Below, in pieces: positions 62,701 to 64,000 of a stretch of 64,000 bases of DNA. The position numbers were made by a program, and so were the translations under genes. A model generated the notes under the pieces. That model was not told where the DNA came from, did not search any database, and saw only the letters and a list, made by a program, of their open reading frames with translations. Every line of letters starts with the position of its first letter. The stretch's first letter is position 1. Origin of the DNA: Lytechinus pictus (Eukaryota); NCBI RefSeq assembly GCF_037042905.1, contig NC_087250.1, forward strand, positions 5,210,001 to 5,274,000. The letters run 5' to 3'.

Positions 62701-64000
62701 TGAAACATCGTTCGCAGTGTACTTCTGTAAAAACATCTTCCTCTGAATTGAAAAAAAGTACAAACAGGAGTGCCTCAAGGCTCAATCTTGGGGCCCCTCC
62801 TGATCACTATAATGGTTAATGACATGCCCAATGTACTTAAGAAATGTAAGATCATGCTCTATGCTGATGATACTGCATTAATGTACAGTGCTAAATGCAC
62901 TGAAGAAATTGAAACAGAAATCAATGCTGATCTTCAGAGAATAAGTCAATGGCTAATATTAAATCGACTTACACTAAACCCTGAAAAGTCGAAATTCATG
63001 TTATTTGGTACCTCAAACAAACTGAAAAATGCTAATCCCTTAAATGTGCAAGTCGATAATCATGCCTTTGAAAGAGTTCCAAATTTCAAATACCTGGGCA
63101 CGTGGTTGGACGAGTCACTCACCTGGCAAAAACAAGTTGATGAGATGAGCAAAAAGATTGGCACACGTATTGCCTTACTAAGTAGACTAAGAAAGTACTT
63201 AACTATCGATAGTGCCAAACTCCTAGCTAATGCATTGATAACACCTCATTTTGACTACTGCAGTCCTTCCTGGGCAAACTGTTCACAACATGTGAAGAAT
63301 GTTCTCATTGCCCAGCATAAGAAAATGGCAAGACTTGTCCTTAGATGCAATTTTATGACACCTACTGTTGAGGTATTGTCACAACTGAAATGGGTAAACA
63401 TTGAACAAAGATGGAAATTCAACAAATGTAAATTAATGTATAATCCCCTGAATGGAGAGGGTCCTAAATATATTTCTGATATGTTTACTAAGAGTAATAG
63501 TGTCCACACTCACAGTACGAGGGGTGCCACCTCACAAGGCTTGCTGGTACCTATGGTCAAAACGCAGATGGGGAAAAAAAGCTTTTCTCATGAAGGGTCA
63601 CTCTTGTGGAACGGACTTCCTTCAGCACTTAAAAATGCAGCAACCAAAGAAGCATTCACCACCTTATACTGGAGATTAGTAAAAACTCATGGGGGATTGT
63701 AATTACTTGTTTATGCAGTTGTTAGCTTGCCAGGGAGTGTAAATCATTTGAATAGCAATCTTATGTAATATTATATTTTCATGTAACATGCAGTCACTAT
63801 TGAATCTTCATTACTCATATCATACGCAATATTTCATACGCTGTGTAAAATAAATGTATATAATTGTTAATTAACTAAAATAATATGATGTAGTCGAATG
63901 TATATTGAGAAGTAATAACCACTCTGTAGTATAAGTGTAATGTATCTTTTTTTAAAATAGAAGTAACTTGTATCCGATACGTATACACTCATAGTTCTTT
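59740..64000 (+). mobile_element. Nearly intact CR1-clade-like LINE (single ORF: 2A-like, PHD, APE, RT); 3' UTR runs out of the window
   Basis: ORF motifs as given in the CDS entry. The 5' boundary is approximate. Confidence 0.9.
60068..63702 (+). CDS. LINE ORF2-type polyprotein (~1210 aa after correcting two +1 homopolymer indels)
   Basis: LLLQAGDISPNPGP; PHD C-x2-C...C-x2-C-x4-H-x2-C...WxC-x2-C (60638-60790); APE motifs HINIHSL, VSET, GGGVA, YRPP, GDFN, SDH; RT motifs YRPISV, LDLKKAFD, PQGS, YADD, KYLG. Confidence 0.9.

Overview
Eukaryotic, AT-rich, intron- and repeat-dense animal DNA. Repeat styles, a single-exon NACHT and a CR1-type LINE with a PHD finger and 2A-like motif suggest an echinoid (sea urchin), which is inference only. 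No rRNA, tRNA or CRISPR features were recognised. Host-gene content on the minus strand: a 1.9-kb NACHT (NLR-type) exon at 32702-34578 with an intact Walker A but a degenerate Walker B, two short phase-1 exon candidates (16244-16417, 13566-13607), and two in-frame-splicing protein-kinase exons (7040-7217, 46-199). The splice phases allow a continuous NACHT-linker-kinase reading frame with no LRR exons seen, which is the most interesting but unproven hypothesis. On the plus strand, a spliced transcript (7907-~10590) could encode a 49-aa basic+hydrophobic microprotein. The rest is nested mobile DNA: three CR1/L2-type LINEs (one nearly intact), two TAGTCCGG...CCGGACTA long-inverted-repeat elements with 3-bp TSDs (4 kb and 21.3 kb, Academ-like), a Mutator-like foldback with a 9-bp TSD, several hAT-like elements with 8-bp TSDs, TTAA-flanked Kolobok-like MITEs, Tc1-, EnSpm- and Harbinger-like MITEs, and Helentron/HINE-like satellite carriers. 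All superfamily labels come from termini and TSD patterns, not from database searches.
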